Assembly (NCBI GenBank): GCA_964496365.1
Contig: CAZBZK010000002.1
Location: 1,604-65,603, forward strand
DNA from: an uncultured bacterium
GTDB taxonomy: Bacteria > Fidelibacterota > Marinisomatia > Marinisomatales > AB-629-J13
DNA length: 64,000 nt
Direction of reading: 5' to 3'
Position 1 is the stretch's first letter. Every line of letters begins with the position of its first letter. Below, piece by piece: positions 39,625 through 49,401 of this stretch. The notes below the pieces were generated by a model. That model was given only the letters and a program-made list of their open reading frames with translations, made no database searches and had not been told where the DNA came from. The position numbers were made by a program, and so were the translations under genes.

Positions 39625-40779
39625 TTGGGACAATTAAATATAATAAAAAAAAATATTGATCATGTATTTCTTGGAGAAATTTTATTATTGACTGCTTTGG
39701 GAATTGTAATGCTATACAGTGCAAGTTCTGCCCATTCTATATTGATTAGTGATGGAAAAACAAATTCAATTTATTTGATGGGACATATAAAAAGATTGGG
39801 AATTGCATTGGCGGGAATGACTGCCTTTATTTTCATTGATTACCGAAAGCTTAAAAAATACGCACCGATTCTCATTTATATTTCATTCGGTCTATTGATA
39901 TTAGGATTAATTATAAAATTTATTTCCAAGGACACATTCCCTGCACGTTGGCTCCATTTTGGACCTTTTACCTTTCAAACATCTGATTTTGCTCGTTTGT
40001 CTATTCTAATCTACTTAGCTGCCTATTTGGATACTCACCAACAAAAAATCCAAAATTTTACCTATGGACTCCTCCCTCCCATTTTAATATTAATGGGAAT
40101 CACCGGGCTCATTGTTTTGCAACCAGATTTTAGCACTGGGATGGTAATTATGTTAATCGGATTCGTGGTTTTATTTGTCGGAGGAGCAAAATTATCTCAA
40201 CTAACCGCTTGTGCCTCTGTCGGGTTGGTGGTTTCCATACCTGTCCTATTGCTAAAACCATACAGACTAAATCGAGTTATCGCTTGGCTTAACCGTGAAG
40301 AATATAATTTATCGGATAATTATCAAGCGATTCAATCCTTAATCAGTTTGGGAAATGGAAAATTTTTTGGGATGGGGTTAGGTAATAGCATCCAGAAAGA
40401 TCAGTTTTTACCCACGCCACATACAGATTTTATTTTTGCAATTATCGGAGAAGAAACCGGGTTTTTAGGGGGAATGATTTTGTTATTCTTGTTCGTCCTG
40501 ATTTATAAAAGAGGAATTAAAATTGCCCGAGATTGTACGGACCCTTTTGGCATATTACTGGCAATTGGGATCGGATTTAATTTAATTTGTTATGCTTTTA
40601 TTAATGTTGCGGTTGTAACGGGTATTTTTCCTGTTACCGGTTTGCAGATTCCGTTGGTCAGTTATGGAGGTTCTGGATTGGTGATTACCTTAATTGAAGT
40701 AGGGATTATATTAAATATTAGTCAGGGTAAACGGTCTGTAAATTTATCCAAGTTTGTTACAAAGAGAATTCATGGATGA
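39625..40779 (+). CDS. ftsW: SEDS-family peptidoglycan polymerase FtsW
   Basis: Polytopic; LPTPHTDFIFAIIGEETGF; synteny. TTG start according to the ORF track. Confidence 0.85.
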   Translation: MGQLNIIKKNIDHVFLGEILLLTALGIVMLYSASSAHSILISDGKTNSIYLMGHIKRLGIALAGMTAFIFIDYRKLKKYAPILIYISFGLLILGLIIKFISKDTFPARWLHFGPFTFQTSDFARLSILIYLAAYLDTHQQKIQNFTYGLLPPILILMGITGLIVLQPDFSTGMVIMLIGFVVLFVGGAKLSQLTACASVGLVVSIPVLLLKPYRLNRVIAWLNREEYNLSDNYQAIQSLISLGNGKFFGMGLGNSIQKDQFLPTPHTDFIFAIIGEETGFLGGMILLFLFVLIYKRGIKIARDCTDPFGILLAIGIGFNLICYAFINVAVVTGIFPVTGLQIPLVSYGGSGLVITLIEVGIILNISQGKRSVNLSKFVTKRIHG

Positions 40780-41869
40780 AATTAGAATACTCATCGCAGG
40801 AGGCGGCACTGGAGGACATCTTTTCCCGGCGATTGCCATCGGAGAGAAAATCCAGCATCAATATCCAGATGCAATTATTCATTATATGGGCTCGCTATTC
40901 GGAATTGAGTCAAAGGTATTACCGGTGAAAGCTCTTCCTCATACTCTATTACCCATCAAGGGATTGCAACGAAATTTATCTTTTCACTCTTTAATAAAAA
41001 ATATCACACTTCCGTATTATTATTATAAATCAACCATGATGGCACAAAATTATATCAATCAATTTTTTCCTCAAGTTGTGGTTGGAACTGGTGGTTACGC
41101 AAGTGCAATTCCCGTAAAATTTGCCTTGAAAAATAATATTCCTGTGGTACTTCAAGAGCAAAATTCATATCCAGGACTTACCACCCGATTGTATGCAAAT
41201 AAAGCCCATATGGTTTGTATAGCTTTTGAGCAAGCTCAACACTATTTAAACAGTGAATGTTTGTTAACTGGAAATCCTATTCGAAGTGACGTCCTTTGCG
41301 GAAGTAAAAAAAATGGAATGCTACAATTTCAATTTAGCGAATCCTTCGATACCTTATTTGTGTTTGGTGGAAGTCAGGGTTCTATGGTGTTAAATCGTTT
41401 AATGGAACAATCCATTCAACAGTTAAAAAAATCTAATATTCAAATTTTATGGCAGACTGGTGTCCGCCATTTCAACCGGTATAAACAGTTTGATTCTGAA
41501 TTTATTCGCATCGTTCCATTTATTGATGGTATGGCTGATGCTTATGCGATCAGTGACCTAGTCGTGTCTCGTTCCGGTGCGTTAGCTGTATCGGAACTTA
41601 TTTCTGTAGGCAAACCGAGCATTTTAATTCCCTTCCCTTCTGCAGCTGAAAATCATCAGTTTAAAAATGCAGAATCTTTATCTACCAATGAAGCTGCCAC
41701 CATTTTAAATGAAAAAAATTTGAATGCATCCGTTTTAATTAATACCATTAAAGCATTATTGAGAGATAAATCAAAATTAAAATCCATGGGAATGAAAGCA
41801 AAAGCAATGAGCAAACCAAATGCCACCCAACATATTGCTGACCAAATAATCAAACTCGCTCTTGCCTAA
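40772..41869 (+). CDS. murG: UDP-GlcNAc:lipid I GlcNAc transferase
   Basis: IAGGGTGGHLFPA and HQFKNA. The start is taken at the internal ATG (MDEIRIL). Confidence 0.9.
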   Translation: MDEIRILIAGGGTGGHLFPAIAIGEKIQHQYPDAIIHYMGSLFGIESKVLPVKALPHTLLPIKGLQRNLSFHSLIKNITLPYYYYKSTMMAQNYINQFFPQVVVGTGGYASAIPVKFALKNNIPVVLQEQNSYPGLTTRLYANKAHMVCIAFEQAQHYLNSECLLTGNPIRSDVLCGSKKNGMLQFQFSESFDTLFVFGGSQGSMVLNRLMEQSIQQLKKSNIQILWQTGVRHFNRYKQFDSEFIRIVPFIDGMADAYAISDLVVSRSGALAVSELISVGKPSILIPFPSAAENHQFKNAESLSTNEAATILNEKNLNASVLINTIKALLRDKSKLKSMGMKAKAMSKPNATQHIADQIIKLALA

Positions 41870-43254
41870 TGTTTCGAAAAGTAAATAATGTACATTTTGT
41901 GGGAATCGGTGGAATAGGAATGAGTGGAATTGCAGAGTTATTATTAAATCTCGGATTTACGGTAACAGGATCAGATTTGCAGAAGTCTCCACTCACCACC
42001 ACTTTGATTGATAAAGGGGCTGATATTCAATTTGGACATAAAAAATCTAACGTATCTGATTGTGATGTTCTGGTGTATTCCAGTGCAGTTGATTGTTCAA
42101 ATCCAGAAATAATTGAAGCTCAAGAAAAAAACATTCCTGTCATCAAACGTGCGGAAATGTTAGGGGAATTAATCGCTGTAAAACCCACCAGTATAGCGGT
42201 GGGCGGCACCCATGGAAAAACGTCAACAACTTCACTGATTGGCACCGTATTGACTGAAGCACACTTAGAACCAACACTTGTAGTTGGTGGACATGTAAAA
42301 AATATTGATTCAGGTGCAAAACTCGGAAGGGGTGATTTTATTGTCGTGGAAGCAGATGAGTTTGACCGAAGTTTTCTCGCATTGCGTCCTACAATTAGTA
42401 TCGTTACAAATATAGAATTGGAACATACAGATTGTTATCAAAATCTCACCGAATTACAAGATGCTTTTTTAACATTTTGTAACTCGGTTCCGTTTTATGG
42501 TGCCGTAGTTGTTTGTGCCGATTCACCTGCTTTGGTAGAAATATTCCCAGATATTAGACGGTCAATTTTAACATACGGATTAACGCAACATTCAAATGTT
42601 TCAGCAAGAAATATTGTACATTCAAAAAATAAAAGTACTTTTTTGGTAACTCGAAATAGCAATCTTCTAGGTGAAGTAGACATTGAGGTTCCCGGAAAAC
42701 ACAATATTACAAATGCCCTAGCTGCGGTTACTTTAGGTATGGAATTAGGCATACCATTTTCGGCAATTTCAAGAGGGATTCAGTCTTATACAGGCGTAAA
42801 ACGAAGATTTGAAATCAAAGGTATCATCCATGATATTATGGTTGTGGATGATTATGCACATCATCCCACCGAAGTAAAGGCTACTTTAGAAGCGGCAAAA
42901 GACGGATGGAACCGCAGAATTGTCGTTGTGTTCCAACCCCATCTTTATTCGAGAACTCGAGATTTTTATAAAGAATTTGCTGAAGCTTTATGCAAAACAG
43001 ACATATTATTTGTTACAAATATATTCCCATCTAGGGAGAGTCCGATTGAAGGTGTCACAGGAAAATGGATTTCGGATGAAGCTACCAATCTAAATCATAC
43101 ACAGTCTAATTATGTAGATAATGTTGATGAATTGACCTTGGAATTGGATGCCTGTATCGAACCAAATGACATAATCATTACCATTGGAGCAGGGAACATT
43201 TGGAGATTTTGTGAACAATATTTTAATCATCTATCAGAAAAAACACATCTTTAA
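41869..43254 (+). CDS. murC: UDP-MurNAc--L-alanine ligase
   Basis: VHFVGIGGIGMSGIAE, GGTHGKTSTT, DDYAHHP. Confidence 0.9.
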   Translation: MFRKVNNVHFVGIGGIGMSGIAELLLNLGFTVTGSDLQKSPLTTTLIDKGADIQFGHKKSNVSDCDVLVYSSAVDCSNPEIIEAQEKNIPVIKRAEMLGELIAVKPTSIAVGGTHGKTSTTSLIGTVLTEAHLEPTLVVGGHVKNIDSGAKLGRGDFIVVEADEFDRSFLALRPTISIVTNIELEHTDCYQNLTELQDAFLTFCNSVPFYGAVVVCADSPALVEIFPDIRRSILTYGLTQHSNVSARNIVHSKNKSTFLVTRNSNLLGEVDIEVPGKHNITNALAAVTLGMELGIPFSAISRGIQSYTGVKRRFEIKGIIHDIMVVDDYAHHPTEVKATLEAAKDGWNRRIVVVFQPHLYSRTRDFYKEFAEALCKTDILFVTNIFPSRESPIEGVTGKWISDEATNLNHTQSNYVDNVDELTLELDACIEPNDIIITIGAGNIWRFCEQYFNHLSEKTHL

Positions 43255-44174
43255 TGAATCATGGTAAGGCAATTTCCGAAATGATAAATGGCACATGTTT
43301 AATGAATGAACCCATGTCAAAACATACTACTTATGGTATTGGTGGACCTGCGTCTTTTTACATTAAACCAAAGAATGAACATGAGTTAAAATCCATTTTG
43401 TCATACGCATCTAAACATTCTATCCATGTATATTTCGTCGGTTCCGGTTCAAATTTGCTTGTGTCTGATGACGGAGTGAACGGAATTGTCATTTCTCTAG
43501 ATAAAACATTGAAAAAAATAAATTTTCTAACAGACACAACCGTTTATGCTGAGGGCGGTGCTATGTTAGGAACCTTGGTAAAATTAACCGGGAAAAATCA
43601 GTTGACTGGGTTAGAAAGTTTAATAGGAGTCCCGGGAACTTTAGGGGGAGCACTTGTAATGAATGCAGGTGCCTTTGGGGGTGAAATTTCTAAGTATTTA
43701 TTATCGGTGGATGTCCTAAATAAAAATGGCACAAAAAAACAATATAGTTCCAAGGATATTCAGTTTCACTATCGCTCTTCCAGTTTTTCAAAAGATGAAA
43801 TAATTATAGGTGCTACCTTTGAATTGAAAAAAGCAGATCCATTAGAAATTCAACATAAAAAAAGAACTGCAAGTTTCGGAAGGAAATCAACCCAGCCTCT
43901 TAAAGTCCGTTCCGCTGGGAGTGTTTTTAAAAACCCTGACACGAAGGCTGCTGGATATTATATTGATAAAGCCGGATTGAAAGGTACCATAAAAGGGGGT
44001 GCAGAAATCTCAAAAAAACACGCTAATTTTTTTGTAAACCATGGAAACGCAACCGGCAATGATATAGCATATCTCATTCGACTGGCAAGAAAAACAGTTA
44101 AGGAAAAATTCGGTGTTTATCTTGAATTAGAAGTTAAAACACTCGGTTTTTTAGACGGAGCATTTGAATCATGA
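43254..44174 (+). CDS. murB: UDP-N-acetylenolpyruvoylglucosamine reductase
   Basis: FAD-binding region (GGPASFY, VGSGSNLL), SAGSVFKNP. Confidence 0.9.
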   Translation: MNHGKAISEMINGTCLMNEPMSKHTTYGIGGPASFYIKPKNEHELKSILSYASKHSIHVYFVGSGSNLLVSDDGVNGIVISLDKTLKKINFLTDTTVYAEGGAMLGTLVKLTGKNQLTGLESLIGVPGTLGGALVMNAGAFGGEISKYLLSVDVLNKNGTKKQYSSKDIQFHYRSSSFSKDEIIIGATFELKKADPLEIQHKKRTASFGRKSTQPLKVRSAGSVFKNPDTKAAGYYIDKAGLKGTIKGGAEISKKHANFFVNHGNATGNDIAYLIRLARKTVKEKFGVYLELEVKTLGFLDGAFES

Positions 44175-44932
44175 AAAACCTGTTTAAAACCTTTTTTTCC
44201 ATATCATTAATTCCCATTTTTTTGAGTATGATTTCCATGTTAATCTGGGTTTCTATACAGTGGGCATCCATATCTGATTCATTAAACATTTCTAACATAA
44301 ATATTACAGGCAATACGCTCATTTCGGAAAATGAGTATTATCAACTTACGGAGAATATTCACAGTCAATCCATATTGTCAATTGATCCGGTATCCCTAGC
44401 TACCACCATTGAAAATCATTCCCATGTGAAATCCGCAAAAATCAGCCGGAAATTTCCAAATGAAATCATGATAGAAATTACAGAAAGAAAACCGTTAGCT
44501 ATTTTGAACACCAAAACACCTTTATTTTTGGATACGGAAGGACTGTTAATACCATTAAGGGGATCTTTCGGTGATTATAATATTCCTGTGCTGTCTCACA
44601 TGATCAAAAATGATACTCAAATATCGGGAATTAGGAAGTTGACATCAAAATCCATAATGACTGCTCAATATATTCTACATTATATGGTAAAAAATTTTCC
44701 GACTTTATATGAAAATATTTCAGAATTACGATTGAACCAACAAGAAGATTTTGAATTTATTTTACTACACCAACCGACTAAAGTGATTTTAGGAAAAGAC
44801 GATCTCAAAAGAAAACTATTTGTTTTAATGAGGTTTAATAACCAATTAATACTCCATCAAAAACAAATCACTGATTTTAAAAAACTGGATTTGCGATATG
44901 ATAGACAAGTGATTGTTCAGGAGTGGACATGA
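44171..44932 (+). CDS. ftsQ: Cell division protein FtsQ (POTRA domain)
   Basis: N-terminal TM; POTRA-like ISNINITGNTLISENEYYQL...KFPNEIMIEITERKP; synteny. Confidence 0.7.
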   Translation: MKNLFKTFFSISLIPIFLSMISMLIWVSIQWASISDSLNISNINITGNTLISENEYYQLTENIHSQSILSIDPVSLATTIENHSHVKSAKISRKFPNEIMIEITERKPLAILNTKTPLFLDTEGLLIPLRGSFGDYNIPVLSHMIKNDTQISGIRKLTSKSIMTAQYILHYMVKNFPTLYENISELRLNQQEDFEFILLHQPTKVILGKDDLKRKLFVLMRFNNQLILHQKQITDFKKLDLRYDRQVIVQEWT

Positions 44933-46218
44933 TAGGAAAAAGAACGTTGATGCAAAATAATTCTGTGATCGCAGGTATTGATATCGGTTCTGCGAAATGT
45001 TGCTGTTCCATCGGAAAAATAGATCAGGATTCTGAAAAAATCAATCTGCTTGGTATTGGCGAAAGTCCATCTACAGGTATGAAAAAAGGTTCAATTATAG
45101 ATCGGGAAAAGGTAATTGAAGAAATCATGAATGCTGTCCACGAAGCAGAGTCTATGGCAAATATTAAAATTGACCATGCTCATGTCACTATTTCTGGAAA
45201 TCATATACGTGGACTCAATACACAAGGAGCTATCGCAATTCATTCTAATGGACAAAATCAAATCCCCAATTCTCAATCCATTCATCAACAGGATGTTCAA
45301 AAAGTTCTGGATATGGCAAGAGCAATTTCCTTCCCTGTGGATAGAAATATCCTTCATATAATCCCACAGGAATATGTGATTGACACCATGGAAGGTGTTA
45401 TGAATCCCATTGGAATGACAGGTCGCAGATTGGAAGCACGGGTACATTTAATTACGGTGGCTATTTCATCACTAACCAATATTAAAGATTGTGTTGAAGA
45501 ATCGGGAATTTCTGTTGACGATATTGTATATCAGGGATTGGCATCTGCCTTGAGTGTTATCTCAAATGATGAAAAAGAGATGGGTGTTGCCGTGATAGAT
45601 ATTGGAGCAGATACGTCCGATTTAGTTATTTTTCTTGATGGTGGGGTCAGGCATAGTGCTGTGATTCCAATCGGCGGAAATAGTATCACCCAAGATATCG
45701 CCATGATGCTACAAATCAGCACAACAGAAGCAGAAGACATAAAAAATAAGTTCGGGTCCGCCATTGCATCCATGTCAAGTACTGAGTTAGAATTTGACTT
45801 GCCATCACAAACTGGGTCCTTAAACCGATCGATTAGTGAGCATGAATTATCCAGATATATTGAGGCTCGTGCAAGTGAAATCCTTCAATATATTGCCAGA
45901 GAACTGTCCAGAGCAGACATAAATGGATCCTTGACTTATGGGATTGTTCTCACAGGTGGAGGTGCACAATTAAATCACATGGCAAAACTATCTGAGGAGA
46001 TTTTAAAAACAAAAACCAGAATTGGACATCCCATCCATTTCGGGAACAGTATTAATCTTGGGAAGGAACCAAAATTTTCTGCATCCTTGGGATTACTAAA
46101 TTGGCAGGATTTTATCTTCACCAAAGGCAAGATTCCCAATGGAGAATTCAGAGGGATTGGCGGTGCCATCACAAAATTTTTTGAAAAACTTTTATCATGG
46201 TTCAGAGGATTTTTTTAA
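44923..46218 (+). CDS. ftsA: Cell division protein FtsA
   Basis: Actin-like ATPase motifs GIDIGSAKCC, VIDIGADTSD and LTGGGAQL. Confidence 0.9.
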   Translation: MDMIGKRTLMQNNSVIAGIDIGSAKCCCSIGKIDQDSEKINLLGIGESPSTGMKKGSIIDREKVIEEIMNAVHEAESMANIKIDHAHVTISGNHIRGLNTQGAIAIHSNGQNQIPNSQSIHQQDVQKVLDMARAISFPVDRNILHIIPQEYVIDTMEGVMNPIGMTGRRLEARVHLITVAISSLTNIKDCVEESGISVDDIVYQGLASALSVISNDEKEMGVAVIDIGADTSDLVIFLDGGVRHSAVIPIGGNSITQDIAMMLQISTTEAEDIKNKFGSAIASMSSTELEFDLPSQTGSLNRSISEHELSRYIEARASEILQYIARELSRADINGSLTYGIVLTGGGAQLNHMAKLSEEILKTKTRIGHPIHFGNSINLGKEPKFSASLGLLNWQDFIFTKGKIPNGEFRGIGGAITKFFEKLLSWFRGFF

Positions 46219-46271
46219 AAATTGAATATGATAAACCACTTTAAATCACACATACCCATAAGGAGAAACTA

Positions 46272-47507
46272 ATGCTATTCGAATTTGATCCAAACGTTCA
46301 ACAAAAAGCAAAATTAAAAGTCATCGGAGTCGGTGGTGCAGGAGGTAATGCTGTAAATCGTATGATTAATGCCAATATGTCAGGTGTTGATTTTATCGTT
46401 GTAAACACAGACGCACAAGATCTTGAAAATAATTCCGCAGAACACCGCATCCAGATCGGTAAATCTCTTACCAAAGGATTGGGAGCTGGTGCCCGGTCGT
46501 CCATAGGGCACGAAGCCATGACAACAGATAAGGAAGCCGTTCAAACACTCATTGAAGGTGCTGACATGATTTTTATTACCTGCGGAATGGGGGGAGGAAC
46601 TGGAACTGGAGCGGCACCGGTGGTTGCACAGATTGCCAATGAGTTAGGTATTTTAACGGTAGGCATTGTAACGCTACCCTTTAATTTCGAAGGACCACGA
46701 AGGATGGAACGAGCATTGGAAGGTATATCGGAAATGCAGAAAGTCTGCGATACCGCTATCATCATTCCTAATCAAAAACTGATGTCCATAGTAGATAAAA
46801 ACACAACCTTACCGGAATCATTCTTATTGGCCGATTCAATATTACATCAGGCCGCCAAAGGAATATCAGATTTAATCAATGTTCATGGTATGATTAATCT
46901 GGATTTTGCAGATGTTGAAACCATCATGAAAAACATGGGTCAAGCTATCATGGGAACAGGATGTGCATCCGGTGAAGAACGGGCCGTATTGGCTGCACAA
47001 CAAGCTATTTCAAGTCCATTGCTTGATAATGGAGTGATAAGTGGTGCCCAAGGTGTTCTTGTCAATATTACCGGTGGTTCCAATTTGACTCTTCACGAAG
47101 TGGATGAAGCGACCGGTATTATTTTTGAAGAAGCGGGAAAGGATGCGAACATTATTTTTGGTGCGGTTATAGACGAAAATATGGTTGATGATATTCAGGT
47201 TACCGTCATAGCTACTGGATTTAAGCAACCGGATCAAAACCATGTGCCTGTAGAAAAAACCGATGAACCTGAATACAAACAGAGTCAATCCAGGTTCTTA
47301 ATGGAAAAAAATAATGAAACGCTGATTCAGCAAAAATCAAATTCTTCCAATAAATTAGCTGGATTCAAATCCTTTGGCAAACCAAAACTTCATTTTGATG
47401 ATACATCCAAAAGTATCAGCAATGAGGAAATTAGACACATTGAGAAAATTCAAAAGGAAATTACAGACTTAGAAGTCCCTGCATTTATTAGAAGACAGCA
47501 TCAATAA
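46272..47507 (+). CDS. ftsZ: Cell division GTPase FtsZ
   Basis: VIGVGGAGGNAVNRM, GMGGGTGTGAAP, NVDFADV-type motif (NLDFADVETIM), and the C-terminal peptide DLEVPAFIRR. Confidence 0.95.
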   Translation: MLFEFDPNVQQKAKLKVIGVGGAGGNAVNRMINANMSGVDFIVVNTDAQDLENNSAEHRIQIGKSLTKGLGAGARSSIGHEAMTTDKEAVQTLIEGADMIFITCGMGGGTGTGAAPVVAQIANELGILTVGIVTLPFNFEGPRRMERALEGISEMQKVCDTAIIIPNQKLMSIVDKNTTLPESFLLADSILHQAAKGISDLINVHGMINLDFADVETIMKNMGQAIMGTGCASGEERAVLAAQQAISSPLLDNGVISGAQGVLVNITGGSNLTLHEVDEATGIIFEEAGKDANIIFGAVIDENMVDDIQVTVIATGFKQPDQNHVPVEKTDEPEYKQSQSRFLMEKNNETLIQQKSNSSNKLAGFKSFGKPKLHFDDTSKSISNEEIRHIEKIQKEITDLEVPAFIRRQHQ

Positions 47508-47536
47508 AAAAATCCGAATCAAACGATTCGGATTTT
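47507..47536 (+). terminator. Rho-independent, potentially bidirectional terminator between the convergent ftsZ and rpmB genes
   Basis: AAAAAATCCGAATC, loop AAAC, GATTCGGATTTT. A perfect stem flanked by A-runs and T-runs. Confidence 0.7.
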
Positions 47537-47558
47537 AAAAACTGAACTCAGGGAAAGA

Positions 47559-47795
47559 TTAAATTTTCTTTCCCTGGGATCTTAGTTCATTTACAACCTT
47601 ACGGATTCCCCGTTTGTCAATAATTCTCATACCTCTTGTGGAGACATTCAACGTTATATAACGTTTTTCATCGGGAAGCCAAAACCGCTTCTTATGTAAG
47701 TTAACATTAAACCGTCTCCTTGTTTTATTGTGAGCATGGCTCACATGATTACCAAACATAGGTTTTTTACCGGTTACATCGCACACTCTACTCAT
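47559..47795 (-). CDS. rpmB: 50S ribosomal protein L28
   Basis: [33 protein letters not shown]. Confidence 0.9.
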   Translation of the reverse strand: MSRVCDVTGKKPMFGNHVSHAHNKTRRRFNVNLHKKRFWLPDEKRYITLNVSTRGMRIIDKRGIRKVVNELRSQGKKI

Positions 47796-47839
47796 AATAA
47801 ATTCCTGTTTAATTGCTTAAAATTTGACGTGGAATTTAA

Positions 47840-48331
47840 ATGAATGATTCAGTGAATAAAATGGAAAAATTAAATAATCAAATAATAATTCGGAAAGGTA
47901 CACTATCTGATTTGGAAGACATTGTTTCTAATAATTTAAGAATGGCAAAAGAAACTGAAAATAAATTATTAGAAATATCAAAAATCCATGACGGAGTGCA
48001 TACATTACTAATCGATGATCGTTTGGGATCATATTTTCTTGCATTCGTAAACAATCAAAATGTAGGACAAATTATGGTTACCCGAGAGTGGTCTGATTGG
48101 AGAAATGGATATTTTTGGTGGATTCAATCTGTGTATGTACAACCACAATTTAGAAAAATTGGTGTATATCGTAAATTACATAACCATGTAAAAAACACTG
48201 CAAAACAACAGGGTGCGGTGGGTCTCAGACTTTATGTAGATTTGAATAATTTACATGCACAACAAGTGTATGAACACTTAAATATGGAAAAGTCAAATTA
48301 TCAATTATATGAAGACGAATGGACTGAATAA
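47840..48331 (+). CDS. GNAT-family N-acetyltransferase
   Basis: Acetyl-CoA binding-type motif VQPQFRKIGVYRKL. 163 aa. Confidence 0.65.
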   Translation: MNDSVNKMEKLNNQIIIRKGTLSDLEDIVSNNLRMAKETENKLLEISKIHDGVHTLLIDDRLGSYFLAFVNNQNVGQIMVTREWSDWRNGYFWWIQSVYVQPQFRKIGVYRKLHNHVKNTAKQQGAVGLRLYVDLNNLHAQQVYEHLNMEKSNYQLYEDEWTE

Positions 48332-49308
48332 TGAAAACCGTAAAAATCGGAAGTCTTAACATTTCTACTCCGGTTTTTCTGGCACCCATGGCAGGCGTAA
48401 CCGATCATTCATTTAGAATATTGTGTAAAGAAATGGGTGCCGGTGTCGTCTATTCTGAATTTGTCTCTGCCCATGGAATCATTCGAGAAAATGAAAAAAC
48501 TCTGGATATGATTCGATTTACTCAAGCAGAACGTCCCATTGGAATTCAAATTTTTGGTGACTCTCCAGAGGTCATGTCTGAAGCAGCACGGTTTGTTAAA
48601 GACAAATTTCAACCGGATATCATTGACATCAACTATGGCTGCCCCGTCCCAAAAATAACCAAAAAAGGCGCAGGATCCGCCGCTCTAAAAGACTTATGTT
48701 TAATGGATGATATCACATCTGCAGTGGTTGAGGCTGTACCTGAATTACCTGTCACTGTTAAAATGAGAGCTGGATGGAACCATGATAATTTAGTGTCAAC
48801 TGAAGCTGGACCTCGATTGGAAAAGCTGGGAGTAAAAGCCATTGCTTTACATCCAAGAACGACAAATCAACGATATAAAGGAAATGCAAATTGGGATTTG
48901 ATCAGGGAGTTAAAAAAGGCTGTATCGATTCCTGTAATTGGAAACGGAGATGTGAAAACGAAAGAAGATGTATCCAGAATGTTTAATGAAACCGGATGTG
49001 ATATTGTGATGGTTGCCAGGGCGGCGTTGGGAAATCCATGGTTTTTTAAACAAATCGTAGCACATTTGGAGGGGTCTCCCCTACCGAAACATCCGTCAAT
49101 TAAAGAAAAAGTAACTATGTGTCGCAGACATCTAAAACTCCTTATGAAAACTAGAGGATTTCATACGGGAACCAACCTCATGAGAAAACATTTTGGATGG
49201 TATATCAAAGGATTTGAAGGAGCAGGTAAAATTCGACAAGATCTTGTCATGAGTAAACATTGTAATGAAATGTTGACAAGGTTGGAAACATTATTAGAAT
49301 GCAATTGA
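48331..49308 (+). CDS. dusB: tRNA-dihydrouridine synthase
   Basis: LAPMAGVTD, INYGCP, and ALHPRT in a TIM-barrel flavoenzyme layout. Confidence 0.85.
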   Translation: MKTVKIGSLNISTPVFLAPMAGVTDHSFRILCKEMGAGVVYSEFVSAHGIIRENEKTLDMIRFTQAERPIGIQIFGDSPEVMSEAARFVKDKFQPDIIDINYGCPVPKITKKGAGSAALKDLCLMDDITSAVVEAVPELPVTVKMRAGWNHDNLVSTEAGPRLEKLGVKAIALHPRTTNQRYKGNANWDLIRELKKAVSIPVIGNGDVKTKEDVSRMFNETGCDIVMVARAALGNPWFFKQIVAHLEGSPLPKHPSIKEKVTMCRRHLKLLMKTRGFHTGTNLMRKHFGWYIKGFEGAGKIRQDLVMSKHCNEMLTRLETLLECN

Positions 49309-49401
49309 TTAAATCAGTCTTAACCTACCAATGGATTCTAACCTTATCATTCAAAAAACAGCGGATTGCACTAGAAAAGTTTTCCTCTTTCACAACACCA
49401 A